A DNA stretch of 63,373 bases, taken from Candidatus Peregrinibacteria bacterium. Lineage in GTDB: Bacteria; Patescibacteriota; Gracilibacteria; CAIRYL01. Shown here piece after piece: positions 48,411 to 59,038 of the stretch. Position 1 is the first letter of the stretch; each line of letters starts with the position of its first letter. The notes under the pieces are model-generated. The model was not told the DNA's origin. It saw only the letters and a list, made by a program, of their open reading frames with translations, and searched no databases. The stretch covers positions 1 through 63,373 of the forward strand of contig JACRHZ010000075.1 of the NCBI GenBank assembly GCA_016220175.1. Reading direction: 5' to 3'. The position numbers and the translations under genes are program-made.

Positions 48411-49920
48411 ACAGAAGTGACACAGGATTTTCCATGTCCCTTTGCTCACGTTCAGTGCGAGTAGCATCATTTCTCACCTGCTCAATATGAATTAGGTACT
48501 CTTCTTTCACATTTTTCGTGCAATATACTCCATCAAAACAAGAAGTTTCAAATCCATCGAGTTTTGGATTTCCCTCATGACAGGCGGCGATAAAGTCTTC
48601 GAGATCCTGATAAAAAAGTCCATCAGCACCAATAAATTTCCCAATTTCATCTTCGGTAAGTCCATGGGCAATAAGTTCGTTTCGTGACGGCATATCAATG
48701 CCGTATACGTTCGGATATTTCACCTCTGGAGCAGTGGAAGCAAAATACACTTTTTTAGCTCCTGCATTTCTCGCCATCTCAATAATTTTCTTAGATGTAT
48801 TTCCACGAACAATTGAGTCATCAACGAGAAGGACATTCTTATCTTTGAATTCTAGAGAAATAGCATTGAGTTTTTGTCGAATAGATTTTTGCCGAATTTC
48901 TTGTCCTGGCATGATGAAAGTTCTGCCAATGTACCGATTCTTTACAAAACCTTCGCGATATTTCACGTTCAGCTTATGAGCAATTTCGATAGCCGCAGTA
49001 CGACCAGAATCTGGAATGGGAATTACCACATCAATATCGTGATTTTTTAACTTTTTCAGAATTTTTTTTGCGAGTTTTTCTCCCATTCTGAGGCGTGCTT
49101 TATATACGGAAATTTTATCAAGAATCGAATCTGGTCTCGCGAGATAGACGAGTTCAAAAATACACGGACGATATTCCGTGTGATCCGCGCATATTTTATA
49201 TTCGTATTCATTTGAATTAAACGGGAAATAAATGCATTCTCCCGGAAGCACATCACGAATTATCTCGAATCCAAGGCTGTCCAGAGCAACCGATTCAGAG
49301 GCAACCATGTATTCTGTCCCGAACGGTGTTTTTCGTTTTCCGAAAATAAGCGGCCGAATAGCGTATGGATCACGAAAAGCAATCATGCCGTGATCTGCAA
49401 TAAGAGCGACAGCCGCATAAGCGCCACTACATCTCTTATTGAGTCGGGTGACTGCGGCAAAAATATCATCTCCGCTCAGTTTGATTTTATTGCACTGCTG
49501 AAGCTCATGCGCGAGAATATTGAGGAGAATTTCTGAATCAGACGTGGTGTTCAAATGCCGACGATCTTTTTGAAAAATTTCTTCCGCAAGTTCATCTGCA
49601 TTTACGAGATTTCCATTATGACCAAGTGAAATTCCAAACGGAGCATTTACATAAAAAGGCTGGGCCTCAAGTGGAGAAGCACAGCCTGCAGTTGGATAAC
49701 GCACATGTCCTATTCCGACATTTCCAACGAGATCCTTCATATTTTTTGTGCGGATCACATCTCTCACAAGACCATTTCCTTTGTGCATGAAAAAATTCCG
49801 CCCCTGAATTGTGGTAATTCCTGCGGCATCTTGTCCCCTGTGTTGGAGAACAGTAAGAGCATCGAAAATATCCTGATTCGCCGGATATTGCCGATTAATA
49901 ATACCAACAAGACCGCACAT
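48409..49920 (-). CDS. purF: amidophosphoribosyltransferase
   Basis: MCGLVGII N-terminal nucleophile, and the PRPP loop [11 protein letters not shown]. Confidence 0.95.
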   Translation of the reverse strand: MCGLVGIINRQYPANQDIFDALTVLQHRGQDAAGITTIQGRNFFMHKGNGLVRDVIRTKNMKDLVGNVGIGHVRYPTAGCASPLEAQPFYVNAPFGISLGHNGNLVNADELAEEIFQKDRRHLNTTSDSEILLNILAHELQQCNKIKLSGDDIFAAVTRLNKRCSGAYAAVALIADHGMIAFRDPYAIRPLIFGKRKTPFGTEYMVASESVALDSLGFEIIRDVLPGECIYFPFNSNEYEYKICADHTEYRPCIFELVYLARPDSILDKISVYKARLRMGEKLAKKILKKLKNHDIDVVIPIPDSGRTAAIEIAHKLNVKYREGFVKNRYIGRTFIMPGQEIRQKSIRQKLNAISLEFKDKNVLLVDDSIVRGNTSKKIIEMARNAGAKKVYFASTAPEVKYPNVYGIDMPSRNELIAHGLTEDEIGKFIGADGLFYQDLEDFIAACHEGNPKLDGFETSCFDGVYCTKNVKEEYLIHIEQVRNDATRTEREQRDMENPVSLL

Positions 49921-49981
49921 TGTTTCGGGAAAAAGGTACCTTTATTGTGAGGGAAAGGCAGGAAAAGCGCAATGTCAATAT

Positions 49982-50020
49982 CAATTACGAATTACGAATT
50001 ACGAATTACGAATTACGAAT
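49982..50020 (+). repeat. tandem heptamer array (ATTACGA x5)
   Basis: caattacgaattacgaattacgaattacgaattacgaat. Confidence 0.85.
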
Positions 50021-50068
50021 GCTGTCCTACTACCTGATTTTCATATTTTTGAAATATTCAAACTTTTC

Positions 50069-51583
50069 TCATGCGCGAAACCGAAATCGGGCTTTAAAAT
50101 GTCGAAGTGAAAGCTCTTTGCCGTAAATCACATCCACGGGGGGAATTTTATCGCGATTTTCAAAAAGTTTTTGTATCGCTTGAGCAGCAGCAGTGAGATC
50201 TTGTTCCTCATATCGTAAACGTGGTACAGCGAGCCGCACAAAGTTTACTTCGGGAAATGTTTCTTTCTGTGACACCGAATCATAGGATCCAAATGCAAAA
50301 TTGCCGAGTTCACATGCTCGATGTCCGTACCCGGCAAGAAGAAGTGCTGTAAAAGAAATTCCTCCAAAATCTCCCGGAGTCATTTTTGTACCAGCAAAAA
50401 ACCGATTCATGTCAATATATACGGCATGTCCACCGAATGGCTGTAAAACTGGAACCCCAGCGTCCGCGAGGGTTTTTCCAAAATTTTGAACCTGCCTGAT
50501 GCGAGCAGTAAGATACTCTTCTTCGGTCACTTGTTTGAGTCCATACACGAGCGTCATAATATCCCTTCCCGAAAGACCTCCATACGTTGGATGTCCCTCT
50601 TTCATGATCTGGTAATTCATGAGATCATCGAGCATTTTGGGATATTTCTTATGAAAAAGTCCACCATGCTTTATAAAAAGTCCGCCTCCCATATTTACAA
50701 GCCCGTCTTTTTTGAAACTCATCGTAAATCCATCTCCATGGGAAAAAATCTCTTTCACAATCGCTGGTATTCTTTTTTCTTGATACTCGCTTTCGTGCTG
50801 CTGAATGAACCACGCATTTTCTGCAAACCGGCACGCATCCAAAAAAAGAGGAATATCATAAGAGTGAAGTAACTCTGCAACTTCGCGAATATTTTGAAGA
50901 GAAACCGGCTGCCCACCTCCGGTGTTATTTGTAATGGTGAGAAAAACAAGAGGAATTCTGTTTGCAGAGGTTTCTAGCAGGCTTTGGAGCCTTCCTATAT
51001 GCATATTCCCCTTAAAGTAGGATGAAGATGATTCATCCTTGAATTCTTCACAAAACAAGTTTTGTGGTTCAATTTTATTTGCTGTGATATTCGCTTCAGT
51101 TGTATCAAAATGCCCATTGCTCGGGATAATGAGGTTATCTCCGAGCTTTCCAATATGGGAAAAAAATGCATCTTCTGCAGCTCGTCCTTGATGGAACAAA
51201 AATGCATTTGGAGATTCTTCTGTCTCTATGTGCCAAAAATCTTCACCAAATGTTTCTCGGATTTGGTCTCTGAGCAAAAAATATCCAGCATTTGATCCGT
51301 ACGCTTCGTCGCCTTTATGAAGAGCTGCCCATTGTTCTGAAGTCATTGTGGTCACTCCAGAATCGGAGAGGAGATCACACCCGGTTACCATTTCTGATGG
51401 GAAATAAAAAATATTGAGACCTACTTCTTCAAGTACTTTTGTTCTCATTTCTGGAGAGCAGATTTTTTTAAACTGTACGGAATGATTTATGTATGCTCGA
51501 GGGAGTGTTTCGAGGGTTTTTTCATGTGGAAAATTTTTGAGAAGAAGCGAGAGATTCATGTGGGGAAAAAAATTTGGTCTCAT
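50069..51583 (-). CDS. beta-eliminating lyase (tryptophanase / tyrosine phenol-lyase family)
   Basis: SDSGVTTMTSEQWA and SFKKDGLVNMGG (PLP lysine). Start trimmed to 51583 because the longer ORF overlaps tsaD. Confidence 0.85.
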   Translation of the reverse strand: MRPNFFPHMNLSLLLKNFPHEKTLETLPRAYINHSVQFKKICSPEMRTKVLEEVGLNIFYFPSEMVTGCDLLSDSGVTTMTSEQWAALHKGDEAYGSNAGYFLLRDQIRETFGEDFWHIETEESPNAFLFHQGRAAEDAFFSHIGKLGDNLIIPSNGHFDTTEANITANKIEPQNLFCEEFKDESSSSYFKGNMHIGRLQSLLETSANRIPLVFLTITNNTGGGQPVSLQNIREVAELLHSYDIPLFLDACRFAENAWFIQQHESEYQEKRIPAIVKEIFSHGDGFTMSFKKDGLVNMGGGLFIKHGGLFHKKYPKMLDDLMNYQIMKEGHPTYGGLSGRDIMTLVYGLKQVTEEEYLTARIRQVQNFGKTLADAGVPVLQPFGGHAVYIDMNRFFAGTKMTPGDFGGISFTALLLAGYGHRACELGNFAFGSYDSVSQKETFPEVNFVRLAVPRLRYEEQDLTAAAQAIQKLFENRDKIPPVDVIYGKELSLRHFKARFRFRA

Positions 51584-51668
51584 TGTGTCTGAAATGTGGA
51601 GTGAGGACAAATAATTTTGGAACACTTTTCTATTTCCAGTACAATATCGTCGCTTATTTACGAAGATA

Positions 51669-52706
51669 ATGAAAATTCTTGGCATTGAAACATCGTGCGA
51701 TGAAACGGCAGCATCAGTCGTAAAAGATGGGTATGGAGTCTTGTCAAACGTTATTGGATCATCAGAGAAGCTCCATGAAGAGACGAAAGGGATTGTGCCG
51801 GAAATTGCGGCACGCGATAGCGCTTTAAAAATCGCACCCATTCTCCAAAAAGCTGTTCTCGATGCGCGTGTTTCGTGGGAAGAAATTGATGCCATTGCCG
51901 TTACAAATGGTCCAGGACTCCTCGGATCGCTCCTCGTCGGAATTGAGGCTGCGAAAACACTCGCACTGCTTTATAAAAAACCACTTATTCCCGTATTTCA
52001 TATTGCTGGGCATCTTTTTTCAAATATTCTTGAACGAAAGGAATTGCCGCATTTTCCGGTAATTTCACTCACTGTTTCTGGAGGTCACAATGATCTTTAC
52101 GTGTGGGAAAGGCTTTCTGAAATTCAAAAACTCGGATCAACGATTGATGATGCCGCGGGAGAGGCATTTGATAAAGGAGCTCGAATGCTCGGGCTTCCTT
52201 ATCCAGGAGGACCTCATCTTTCTCGAATTGCTGAAGGCGGCGACGCTCAAAAAATTCATTTTCCACGACCAATGAAACAGAGTGGAGATTTCAATTTTTC
52301 ATTTTCAGGTCTCAAAACAGCGCTGTTTTATGAAATTCGTAATCGAGGAGGGCTTCATGAAATTTCTGATTCAGAAAAAGCCGATCTCGCTGCGTCATAT
52401 CAAGAAGCAATCGTTGAGATACTTCTCCAAAAACTATTTTCAGCGGCGGATGCATATTCAGCAAAGGAAGTTCATCTCGCTGGCGGAGTTTCGGCAAATA
52501 AGAGGCTTCGCGAACGATTTCTCGAAGAAGCACAGAAACGAAATCTTCTCACGCGGATTCCAGAAAAAATGTCATATTCTACCGACAATGCCGCCATGAT
52601 TGCAGCGGCGGGATATGTGATGTGGGAAAATGCATCGAAAGAAACGCGAAAAACATTTACAATTCAGAATTTAGAAGTGAATTTGTCACATGAATTTCGA
52701 ATGTAA
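51669..52706 (+). CDS. tsaD: tRNA N6-adenosine threonylcarbamoyltransferase
   Basis: MKILGIETSCDETAASVV, VSGGHN, and GGVSAN. Confidence 0.93.
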   Translation: MKILGIETSCDETAASVVKDGYGVLSNVIGSSEKLHEETKGIVPEIAARDSALKIAPILQKAVLDARVSWEEIDAIAVTNGPGLLGSLLVGIEAAKTLALLYKKPLIPVFHIAGHLFSNILERKELPHFPVISLTVSGGHNDLYVWERLSEIQKLGSTIDDAAGEAFDKGARMLGLPYPGGPHLSRIAEGGDAQKIHFPRPMKQSGDFNFSFSGLKTALFYEIRNRGGLHEISDSEKADLAASYQEAIVEILLQKLFSAADAYSAKEVHLAGGVSANKRLRERFLEEAQKRNLLTRIPEKMSYSTDNAAMIAAAGYVMWENASKETRKTFTIQNLEVNLSHEFRM

Positions 52707-52728
52707 AAAGTGCAAAATTTGATTTTTT

Positions 52729-54060
52729 TCAATTGCCTTTTGTCTCATGAGGTTTGTTTTGTTCCACAAGCTTCTTCATGTTATCGATATAATCGAGCAA
52801 ATATTTTTCGCATGCTTGTAAAATTAATCCAATATATTTTTGGCGAAACTTTTCATCATGAGATGGTATCCATTTTTGAATAAGGTAATCACTGAGAGCG
52901 CTACTACTCGAGAGATCTGATGGTTGATCCTGAAATATAAGAGGGCGCTTCTTTATTGATCTAGAGAATACTCCGAAAAAAAAATTGCGAGAATATTCAT
53001 ATTGAGCAATATTAGTTTTCGATAATTTCTCAGAAATTTCATGGGAAATAACATTTTGATTTTTAGTGGCGAGCGCCGCCTTGAGAGAAGTCAAATCCGA
53101 ATATGCTTCACTAAGTTGAAGTATGGTTAATCTTGTCCGTGGATCTCGAATGTATTCATAATCCTCTGGAGGAAATATGACATCAAAAATAATATTTCCA
53201 GTTTCATTTGCGAAAACGAGTTCTCTTTGTGATTCATAGGGGATATTTGTTTTTTCAGCCGAAAATTGAATTCCTTCTTGAAATAAAAATATCTTCATAT
53301 CATGCCTATTTATTGTTCCACAAAGTGGGAATGGACCTTCTTGTCCTTCGATTTCGGAAAAAAGAGGACTAGGAATTAACATTTTTCCGAGAGTTACAAC
53401 TTTTACTGGAATTAGAGCTTTCAGATCATAAGGATTTTTGAGAGTTGTCTCTTCTATTTTTTCTATAGGATGAAAAAGCCATATTTGCACTTGATATCCT
53501 TCTAATTCTATATGACCGTATCCGTCAAAGTATATTCCTTGACGCTCAAAACTTTTTTGCAGTTTTCTATTGAGATTGATGAGGGAAAGATTTTCTCCAA
53601 GAAGAGTATTCATTTTTGTCACAGGGGATGATGTGATGAGCTCTGTCGCCCTTTTATCATCATCTGTTATTTTTTCTGCTGTTTGAAGAACATTTTTAAA
53701 TTCTTCCGAAGTTCCAATTTGATACACTTGTTCCAATTTTTTGATTTCTTCCTCCGTAATTTCAATATTGGCCCCGGTTTTTTTCAGTGATTGAAATACT
53801 TCTAAAAAAGCGCCGAGAGTGAATAGATTCATCTGCATTTCAAATGTTTTCATTCCTCGAACTTTTTCCTGATTCGAATAAAATTTCTCAACGACATTTC
53901 CTACAATCTCTATAGATTTCGTTTTTTTTTCTTCTCTTTCTCTGCCTTCCTGAATTTTATTCTTCAGATTTACAAGCATCGACTTGCTCCAGTCATATAT
54001 TTCCAAAGCTTTTTCCTGTACCGAAGATGTGAGGGATTTTTCTCCTTCTGGTTTTTGCAT
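52729..54060 (-). CDS. hypothetical protein
   Basis: 443-aa ORF. No motif recognised. Confidence 0.5.
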   Translation of the reverse strand: MQKPEGEKSLTSSVQEKALEIYDWSKSMLVNLKNKIQEGREREEKKTKSIEIVGNVVEKFYSNQEKVRGMKTFEMQMNLFTLGAFLEVFQSLKKTGANIEITEEEIKKLEQVYQIGTSEEFKNVLQTAEKITDDDKRATELITSSPVTKMNTLLGENLSLINLNRKLQKSFERQGIYFDGYGHIELEGYQVQIWLFHPIEKIEETTLKNPYDLKALIPVKVVTLGKMLIPSPLFSEIEGQEGPFPLCGTINRHDMKIFLFQEGIQFSAEKTNIPYESQRELVFANETGNIIFDVIFPPEDYEYIRDPRTRLTILQLSEAYSDLTSLKAALATKNQNVISHEISEKLSKTNIAQYEYSRNFFFGVFSRSIKKRPLIFQDQPSDLSSSSALSDYLIQKWIPSHDEKFRQKYIGLILQACEKYLLDYIDNMKKLVEQNKPHETKGN

Positions 54061-54193
54061 AAGTTTTCCTATTTTACTTGGGGCAGATCATACAGAGCAT
54101 TATTTCAGAATTCAAATCCCCCAATTCTTTAGACCTTTTTTGATTGCGCTTTTTCCATTGATCCTTACAATATTTGTAGATTTTTGAGATTTT

Positions 54194-54634
54194 ATGAAAA
54201 TCGCCATTGCCTCAGATCACGCCGGATTTAAATATAAAGAAGAAATCAAGAAATTTCTTGGAAAAAAAGGGCATGAAGTGAAAGATTTTGGAACGAATTC
54301 GGAAGAATCGTGCGATTATCCAGACTTTATTTTCCCAGCTGCGCAGTCAATTTCAAAAGGAGATTCAGAGCGAGCCATTGTTCTCGGAGGATCTGGAAAT
54401 GGCGAAGCAATCGTCGCGAATAAGGCGAAAGGAGTTCGCTGTACGCTTTGCTGGAGCGAAGAATCTGCCAAGCTTGCCCGCCTCCACAACGATTCAAATT
54501 GCCTTTCACTGGGGCAGCGGATGATGAGTTTGGAAACAGCGCTGAAAATAGTCGAAATCTGGCTTAGAACTGAATTTGAAGGAGGAAGACACGCGGTGCG
54601 AATTCAGAAAATAGCAGACTTGGAAAAGAGGTGA
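54194..54634 (+). CDS. rpiB: ribose-5-phosphate isomerase B
   Basis: MKIAIASDHAGFKYKEEI and LGGSGNGEAIVANK. Confidence 0.9.
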   Translation: MKIAIASDHAGFKYKEEIKKFLGKKGHEVKDFGTNSEESCDYPDFIFPAAQSISKGDSERAIVLGGSGNGEAIVANKAKGVRCTLCWSEESAKLARLHNDSNCLSLGQRMMSLETALKIVEIWLRTEFEGGRHAVRIQKIADLEKR

Positions 54635-54723
54635 GGTGCATTTGGGAAATTTTGAATTTTAAATTCTAAATTTTAAATTTTTTTTAATCTAAAATCTAAA
54701 ATTCAAAATCTAAAATTATCTAT

Positions 54724-55005
54724 ATGGATTCTACAACTCTCATTGGAACCACTGGCGCGACAATTGTCCTCATTGCTTTTATCCTCAGCCAGTTTCGAAT
54801 ATGGAATAATGAATATTTCATTTATGATTTTTGTAATTTTCTCGGGAGTGCGCTTTTAGTTTGCTATGCTCTCCTCCTTTCGAGCCTTCCATTTCTCATT
54901 TTGAATGCTGTTTGGGCGATTGTCTCTCTCAAAGACGTGTATACTGATCTCGTGAGGAATTCGAAGAGAAAAGAGTGCGGATTTTATGAGAAGTGGATGA
55001 AGTAA
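54724..55005 (+). CDS. small membrane protein (3 TM segments)
   Basis: 93-aa hydrophobic ORF flanked by AT-rich repeat spacers. Confidence 0.45.
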   Translation: MDSTTLIGTTGATIVLIAFILSQFRIWNNEYFIYDFCNFLGSALLVCYALLLSSLPFLILNAVWAIVSLKDVYTDLVRNSKRKECGFYEKWMK

Positions 55006-55173
55006 GAAATTTTTAATTTTTAATTTTTAATTTTAAATTTTGAAATTTCTAAATAAATCTTAATGTTTAATTTCTAATTTTTAAAATCAGAAAAATGACT
55101 GCGAAGGTTTTTGTTTAAAAATTACGATTTAGAAATTATTTTGAAATTTGAAATTCGAAATTTAAAATTAACT

Positions 55174-55809
55174 ATGCCAAATCTCCAAATATTTCCCTCC
55201 CTCCTTTCCGCTGATTTTGGAAAACTCCAAAGTGAAATTGATCGTTTTGAACCCTATGTCGAAGGATTTCACTTTGACGTCATGGATGGTCATTTTGTTC
55301 CAAATCTTACGATGGGAGCACCGGTTCTTAAAAGTTTACACACAAAAACTCTTTTCGATGTGCATCTCATGGTGGAACATCCAGAAGAATATGTTGAAGA
55401 TTTTCAAAAAGCTGGGGCAAAAATGATCTCTTTTCATGTCGAAGCAGCAAAAGAAAATTCTTCGAATGCACTGATTCAGCAAATTCAAAATCTTGGCATG
55501 AAGGCAGGAATAGTTCTCAAGCCAAAAACGCCATGCTCAGAAGTTGAAAGTTTTTTAGATGCCATTGATTTTGTCATGATCATGAGTGTCGAACCCGGAT
55601 ATAGCGGACAAAAATTTATGCCAGAAGTTCTTCCCAAAATTCGAGAAATTCGAGAAAAATATCCAGAAATGGATATTGAAGTTGATGGAGGAATCAACGA
55701 TGAAACAGTTCGTGAGGTTGTTGAAGCTGGAGCGAATATGATCGTATCAGCATCGTATTTGTTCGGGGCAAAAAATGGAGAAGAAGCAGTGAGGAGTTTA
55801 CGGTTGTAG
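55174..55809 (+). CDS. rpe: ribulose-phosphate 3-epimerase
   Basis: PSLLSADFGKL, HFDVMDGHFVPN, and VDGGIN. Start set at 55174. Confidence 0.92.
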   Translation: MPNLQIFPSLLSADFGKLQSEIDRFEPYVEGFHFDVMDGHFVPNLTMGAPVLKSLHTKTLFDVHLMVEHPEEYVEDFQKAGAKMISFHVEAAKENSSNALIQQIQNLGMKAGIVLKPKTPCSEVESFLDAIDFVMIMSVEPGYSGQKFMPEVLPKIREIREKYPEMDIEVDGGINDETVREVVEAGANMIVSASYLFGAKNGEEAVRSLRL

Positions 55810-55829
55810 GCGCGACCGCTCGGTCGCGC
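55806..55829 (+). repeat. REP-like GTAG-headed hairpin between the convergent rpe and mutY genes
   Basis: GTAG-GCGCGACC-gct-CGGTCGCGC. The TAG of the head is the rpe stop codon. Confidence 0.75.
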
Positions 55830-55831
55830 TT

Positions 55832-56974
55832 TCATGTCATCCTCATTTTCTGTAACCTCTCAATCGCCTTTGCATTCCCCGAAGGGAATGTGTATTTTTT
55901 GAAATCGCTCGGAGAAATCCACTGTATTTTCTCATGTTCAATGCATTTTGGAATTCCTTTTAAAATCTGACATCTAAAAAATCGAAGCCGCCAAAAAAAT
56001 TCTTTTTCTTCCCACACCGTTTCAAAAAAATAGGGTCGAACAGAAATTTCAATTCCAAGCTCTTCCTCAATTTCTCGTTTGAGGCAATGTCTCCAATCTT
56101 CTCCTCGTTCTCGTTTTCCTCCCGGGAATTCCCATCTTCCGCCTTTCCGTTTTTGACGTTTCGCGATGAGGTATTTTCCATTCTGATGAATACAGGCTAC
56201 GGCGACTTCCATGGGAATTTTTGCGGAAAGAATCTTTTTCCGTGGAAGTGAAAGAAGTTTTTTTGTAAAATCTCCCCTTTTTCCACTCTGAAAAAAATGA
56301 CAATAATTTTGCAGCGGACAGATTTCACATTCCGGAGTTCGACTTTTACAAATCATTGCGCCGAGATCCATAAATGCGTGATTCAAATGGGAAGGCGACG
56401 ATCCGTATTGTCGCTGAAAGCGCGACCGCACGGTCGCGCCTACCGGGACATCGGCGCGAATAAGATTCGCGCTTTCATGGAGAAAAAGCGCATTTGCTCT
56501 CGGGATCACTCCTTTTTCCGTACACCCATACACGCGCTGGAACACTCTTCGTAAATTCGTATCGATCGCTGGGACAGCTTTTCCAAATGCGAAGCTCAGA
56601 ATTGCAGCAGAAGTATATTCGGCAACACCTGGGAGGTTTATGAGAAGTAACTTTGATTTGGGAAATTTCCCGTGATGTCTCTCCACAAGCATTTTTGCAG
56701 ACCTCAGCATATTTTTTCCACGAGAGTAAAATCCGAGCCCCTGCCAATACGGCAGAAATTCTTCCCAATTCGCATTTGCAAGATTGTAAATGTTTGGAAA
56801 ACGTTTCAGGAATCGTTCGTAATAGTCGAGAACTCGAGAGACTTGTGTTTGTTGAAGCATAATTTCTGATACCCAAATTTTGTATGGATCAGAAGTTTTT
56901 CGCCATGGAAGATCACGCTTGTTTTTTTTATACCAAGTGAGCAAATCTTTTCGAAGATTTAAAAATTCGGACAT
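55832..56974 (-). CDS. mutY: A/G-specific adenine glycosylase with a C-terminal NUDIX domain
   Basis: WYKKNKRDLPWR, HhH-GPD, the Fe-S cluster C..C..C, and the NUDIX box GGKRERGEDW..CLKREIEEELG. Confidence 0.88.
   Translation of the reverse strand: MSEFLNLRKDLLTWYKKNKRDLPWRKTSDPYKIWVSEIMLQQTQVSRVLDYYERFLKRFPNIYNLANANWEEFLPYWQGLGFYSRGKNMLRSAKMLVERHHGKFPKSKLLLINLPGVAEYTSAAILSFAFGKAVPAIDTNLRRVFQRVYGCTEKGVIPRANALFLHESANLIRADVPVGATVRSRFQRQYGSSPSHLNHAFMDLGAMICKSRTPECEICPLQNYCHFFQSGKRGDFTKKLLSLPRKKILSAKIPMEVAVACIHQNGKYLIAKRQKRKGGRWEFPGGKRERGEDWRHCLKREIEEELGIEISVRPYFFETVWEEKEFFWRLRFFRCQILKGIPKCIEHEKIQWISPSDFKKYTFPSGNAKAIERLQKMRMT
56420..56443 (-). repeat. REP-like hairpin inside mutY, in frame
   Basis: Minus strand reads GTAG-GCGCGACC-gtg-CGGTCGCGC, translated as PVGATVRSRF. 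Confidence 0.7.
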
Positions 56975-57217
56975 AATCTCACAAAAAAGCGCATGTACTA
57001 TGCCAAAAATCTCTCAGGACGTCCAAAAGAAACGCTCAGGAAACGTGAAGAGAAAAGGATTTTTTAGAGGAGAAGAGAACTTTTTTTTATTTTCGCCCAG
57101 ATTTTCGTTTTTTAGCGAGAAGATGACGTCCTTTTCGTTTTATCGGAGCGCGCGATATTCTTTTCTTCTTAAATACTATTGGTGCCATAAAAAAATGGAA
57201 AAAGGATAGAAATAAAT

Positions 57218-59038
57218 TTATTTTTTTGATGAGAAAAAATGTTTTTCAATTGCAGGAATATTCGTTATTTCCGTATTTCGGTGCTCTTCAGTTCTTTTTT
57301 CGGTCATTTTTTGCGTTAATATTTCATAAAATCTCCCTTTTTTTCTCATAAGTGCATCAAAAGTGCCCTCCTCTACAATTTTCTTCTCAAAGAGAACGAT
57401 AATACGATCGGCTTTCTTGAGCGTTTCGAGATGGTGAGAGATAATAATGGTAGTTTTGTCTTTCGTAAAATCCTCAAGAGATTTGAGCACCAGGTGTTCT
57501 GATTCTGGATCAAGAGCAGAAGTCGCTTCATCAAAAATAAGGAGCGGCGGATTTTTGAGAATCGCTCTCGCAAGGGCTATTCGTTGAAGTTGGCCGCCAG
57601 AAAGGTTTGCATAATTTTGTGAAATAACTTCGTGATATTTTTTCGGAAGTCGCATAATAAAATCATGGGCGTACGCTTTTTGGGCCGCTTCAAATGCATT
57701 TTCGGGAGACGCATCCTTCGCTCCAAAAAGGATATTATCCATCACCGTTCCCTTCATAATAAAATGTCCCTGCTGAACTTCTCCGATTTGTCCTCTGAGT
57801 GATGCGATATCAATGTTGCTAATGTCCATATCATCGACAAATATTTTCCCCTTGATCGGGTCATAAAACCTCATGAGAAGTTTTGTGATCGTCGATTTCC
57901 CCATTCCGCTCGGTCCGATAAGAGCAATTTTTTCGCCCGCTCGTATGTGAAGACTAAAATTTTCGAGCACATTTTCTTTTGATTCGCTGTACGAGAAGGT
58001 AATATTTTCAAATCGGATATCTCCTTTTTTAATGGGAAATTGAACACCCTCCTCAGTTCGAAATGCCTCCTCTCTTTCATCAAGAATATCAAAAATTCTT
58101 CGGAGAGAAACTTTGCTTTTTTGCATCTCGAGATAGGTATTTGAAAGACTATCAATTGCTATAAAAAGCATTGCGGAGATGCTATTAAACGCCACCAAAG
58201 TTCCGATACTGAGTTGTTTGTGAATCACGAGATATCCTCCATACCCAAATACAATAAAAACGGTAACGCTCTTAATTGCGCTCACCAAGCTTTGAGAAAA
58301 AATGTACACATTGAGAAATTTGAGTACCGATGTAATATATTTTTGCAAAATCTGCCCGATTTTTGTTTTTTCAAAAGTTTCGAGAACAAAGGATTTGACG
58401 AGATAGAGATTTTCAAGCGCGTCTTGATAATTCTCGATGCTTTTGTCATAATTTTTCATGAGAGCTTCATACCGAGTATCAATTGTTTTCTTGAATTTTT
58501 CCGTGGTAAGAATGTAGAAGGGGAGCAGGAGAATGCAGAGAAGTGCCATATTCACGTGCATAGAGAGGAGAATTGCGCTCACCACCAGGAGTTTCAAAAT
58601 ATCGAGTACAATTCCAATAAGAGATTCATACATCACACTGTAGAGCTGATCGACATCGTTGGTAAGCTTGGAAACAAATTGTCCTGTTTGATGTTCGTGG
58701 AGATATTTCACGGGGAGATGCTCGATCTTTTCAAAGAGCCTTAGCCTTACATCACGAGAAATATTTTCCTCAGTCATAGCACTGACTTTGCGCTGGAGAA
58801 AGAAAACTACCGAAGGGAGTTCGCTCACGAGAAAGAAGGTAAACACGACATACATGAGCTGCTCATATTTTTCTCCCAAAATAACGGTGTCGATGAGATA
58901 TTCCATAAGAAGTGGCGTTGTCAGATCAAGTCCGAGAGTGATAACGGAAAATACGCCAATAATACATCCCTGTTTCCAATATGGCTTCAGGAAAGAGAAA
59001 AAACGCCAAAGAACTTTTTTTGAATGAGAAGATTTCAT
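57218..59038 (-). CDS. ABC exporter, fused permease/ATPase (MsbA-like)
   Basis: 6 TM segments, then GPSGMGKST, LSGGQLQRIALARA, and LLIFDEATSALD. Confidence 0.88.
   Translation of the reverse strand: MKSSHSKKVLWRFFSFLKPYWKQGCIIGVFSVITLGLDLTTPLLMEYLIDTVILGEKYEQLMYVVFTFFLVSELPSVVFFLQRKVSAMTEENISRDVRLRLFEKIEHLPVKYLHEHQTGQFVSKLTNDVDQLYSVMYESLIGIVLDILKLLVVSAILLSMHVNMALLCILLLPFYILTTEKFKKTIDTRYEALMKNYDKSIENYQDALENLYLVKSFVLETFEKTKIGQILQKYITSVLKFLNVYIFSQSLVSAIKSVTVFIVFGYGGYLVIHKQLSIGTLVAFNSISAMLFIAIDSLSNTYLEMQKSKVSLRRIFDILDEREEAFRTEEGVQFPIKKGDIRFENITFSYSESKENVLENFSLHIRAGEKIALIGPSGMGKSTITKLLMRFYDPIKGKIFVDDMDISNIDIASLRGQIGEVQQGHFIMKGTVMDNILFGAKDASPENAFEAAQKAYAHDFIMRLPKKYHEVISQNYANLSGGQLQRIALARAILKNPPLLIFDEATSALDPESEHLVLKSLEDFTKDKTTIIISHHLETLKKADRIIVLFEKKIVEEGTFDALMRKKGRFYEILTQKMTEKRTEEHRNTEITNIPAIEKHFFSSKK

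Noticed and set aside
51584-51895. 104-codon N-terminal extension of the tryptophanase-like ORF
   Set aside because: The extension overlaps the conserved tsaD N-terminus on the other strand and has no similarity to lyase N-termini. The start was moved to 51583; an alternative start is at 51559.
56880-57209. 109-aa plus-strand ORF between mutY and the ABC exporter
   Set aside because: It overlaps the mutY 5' end and has a low-complexity Phe/Ser/Arg-rich sequence. The opposite strand holds a short basic ORF that is listed as a finding instead.
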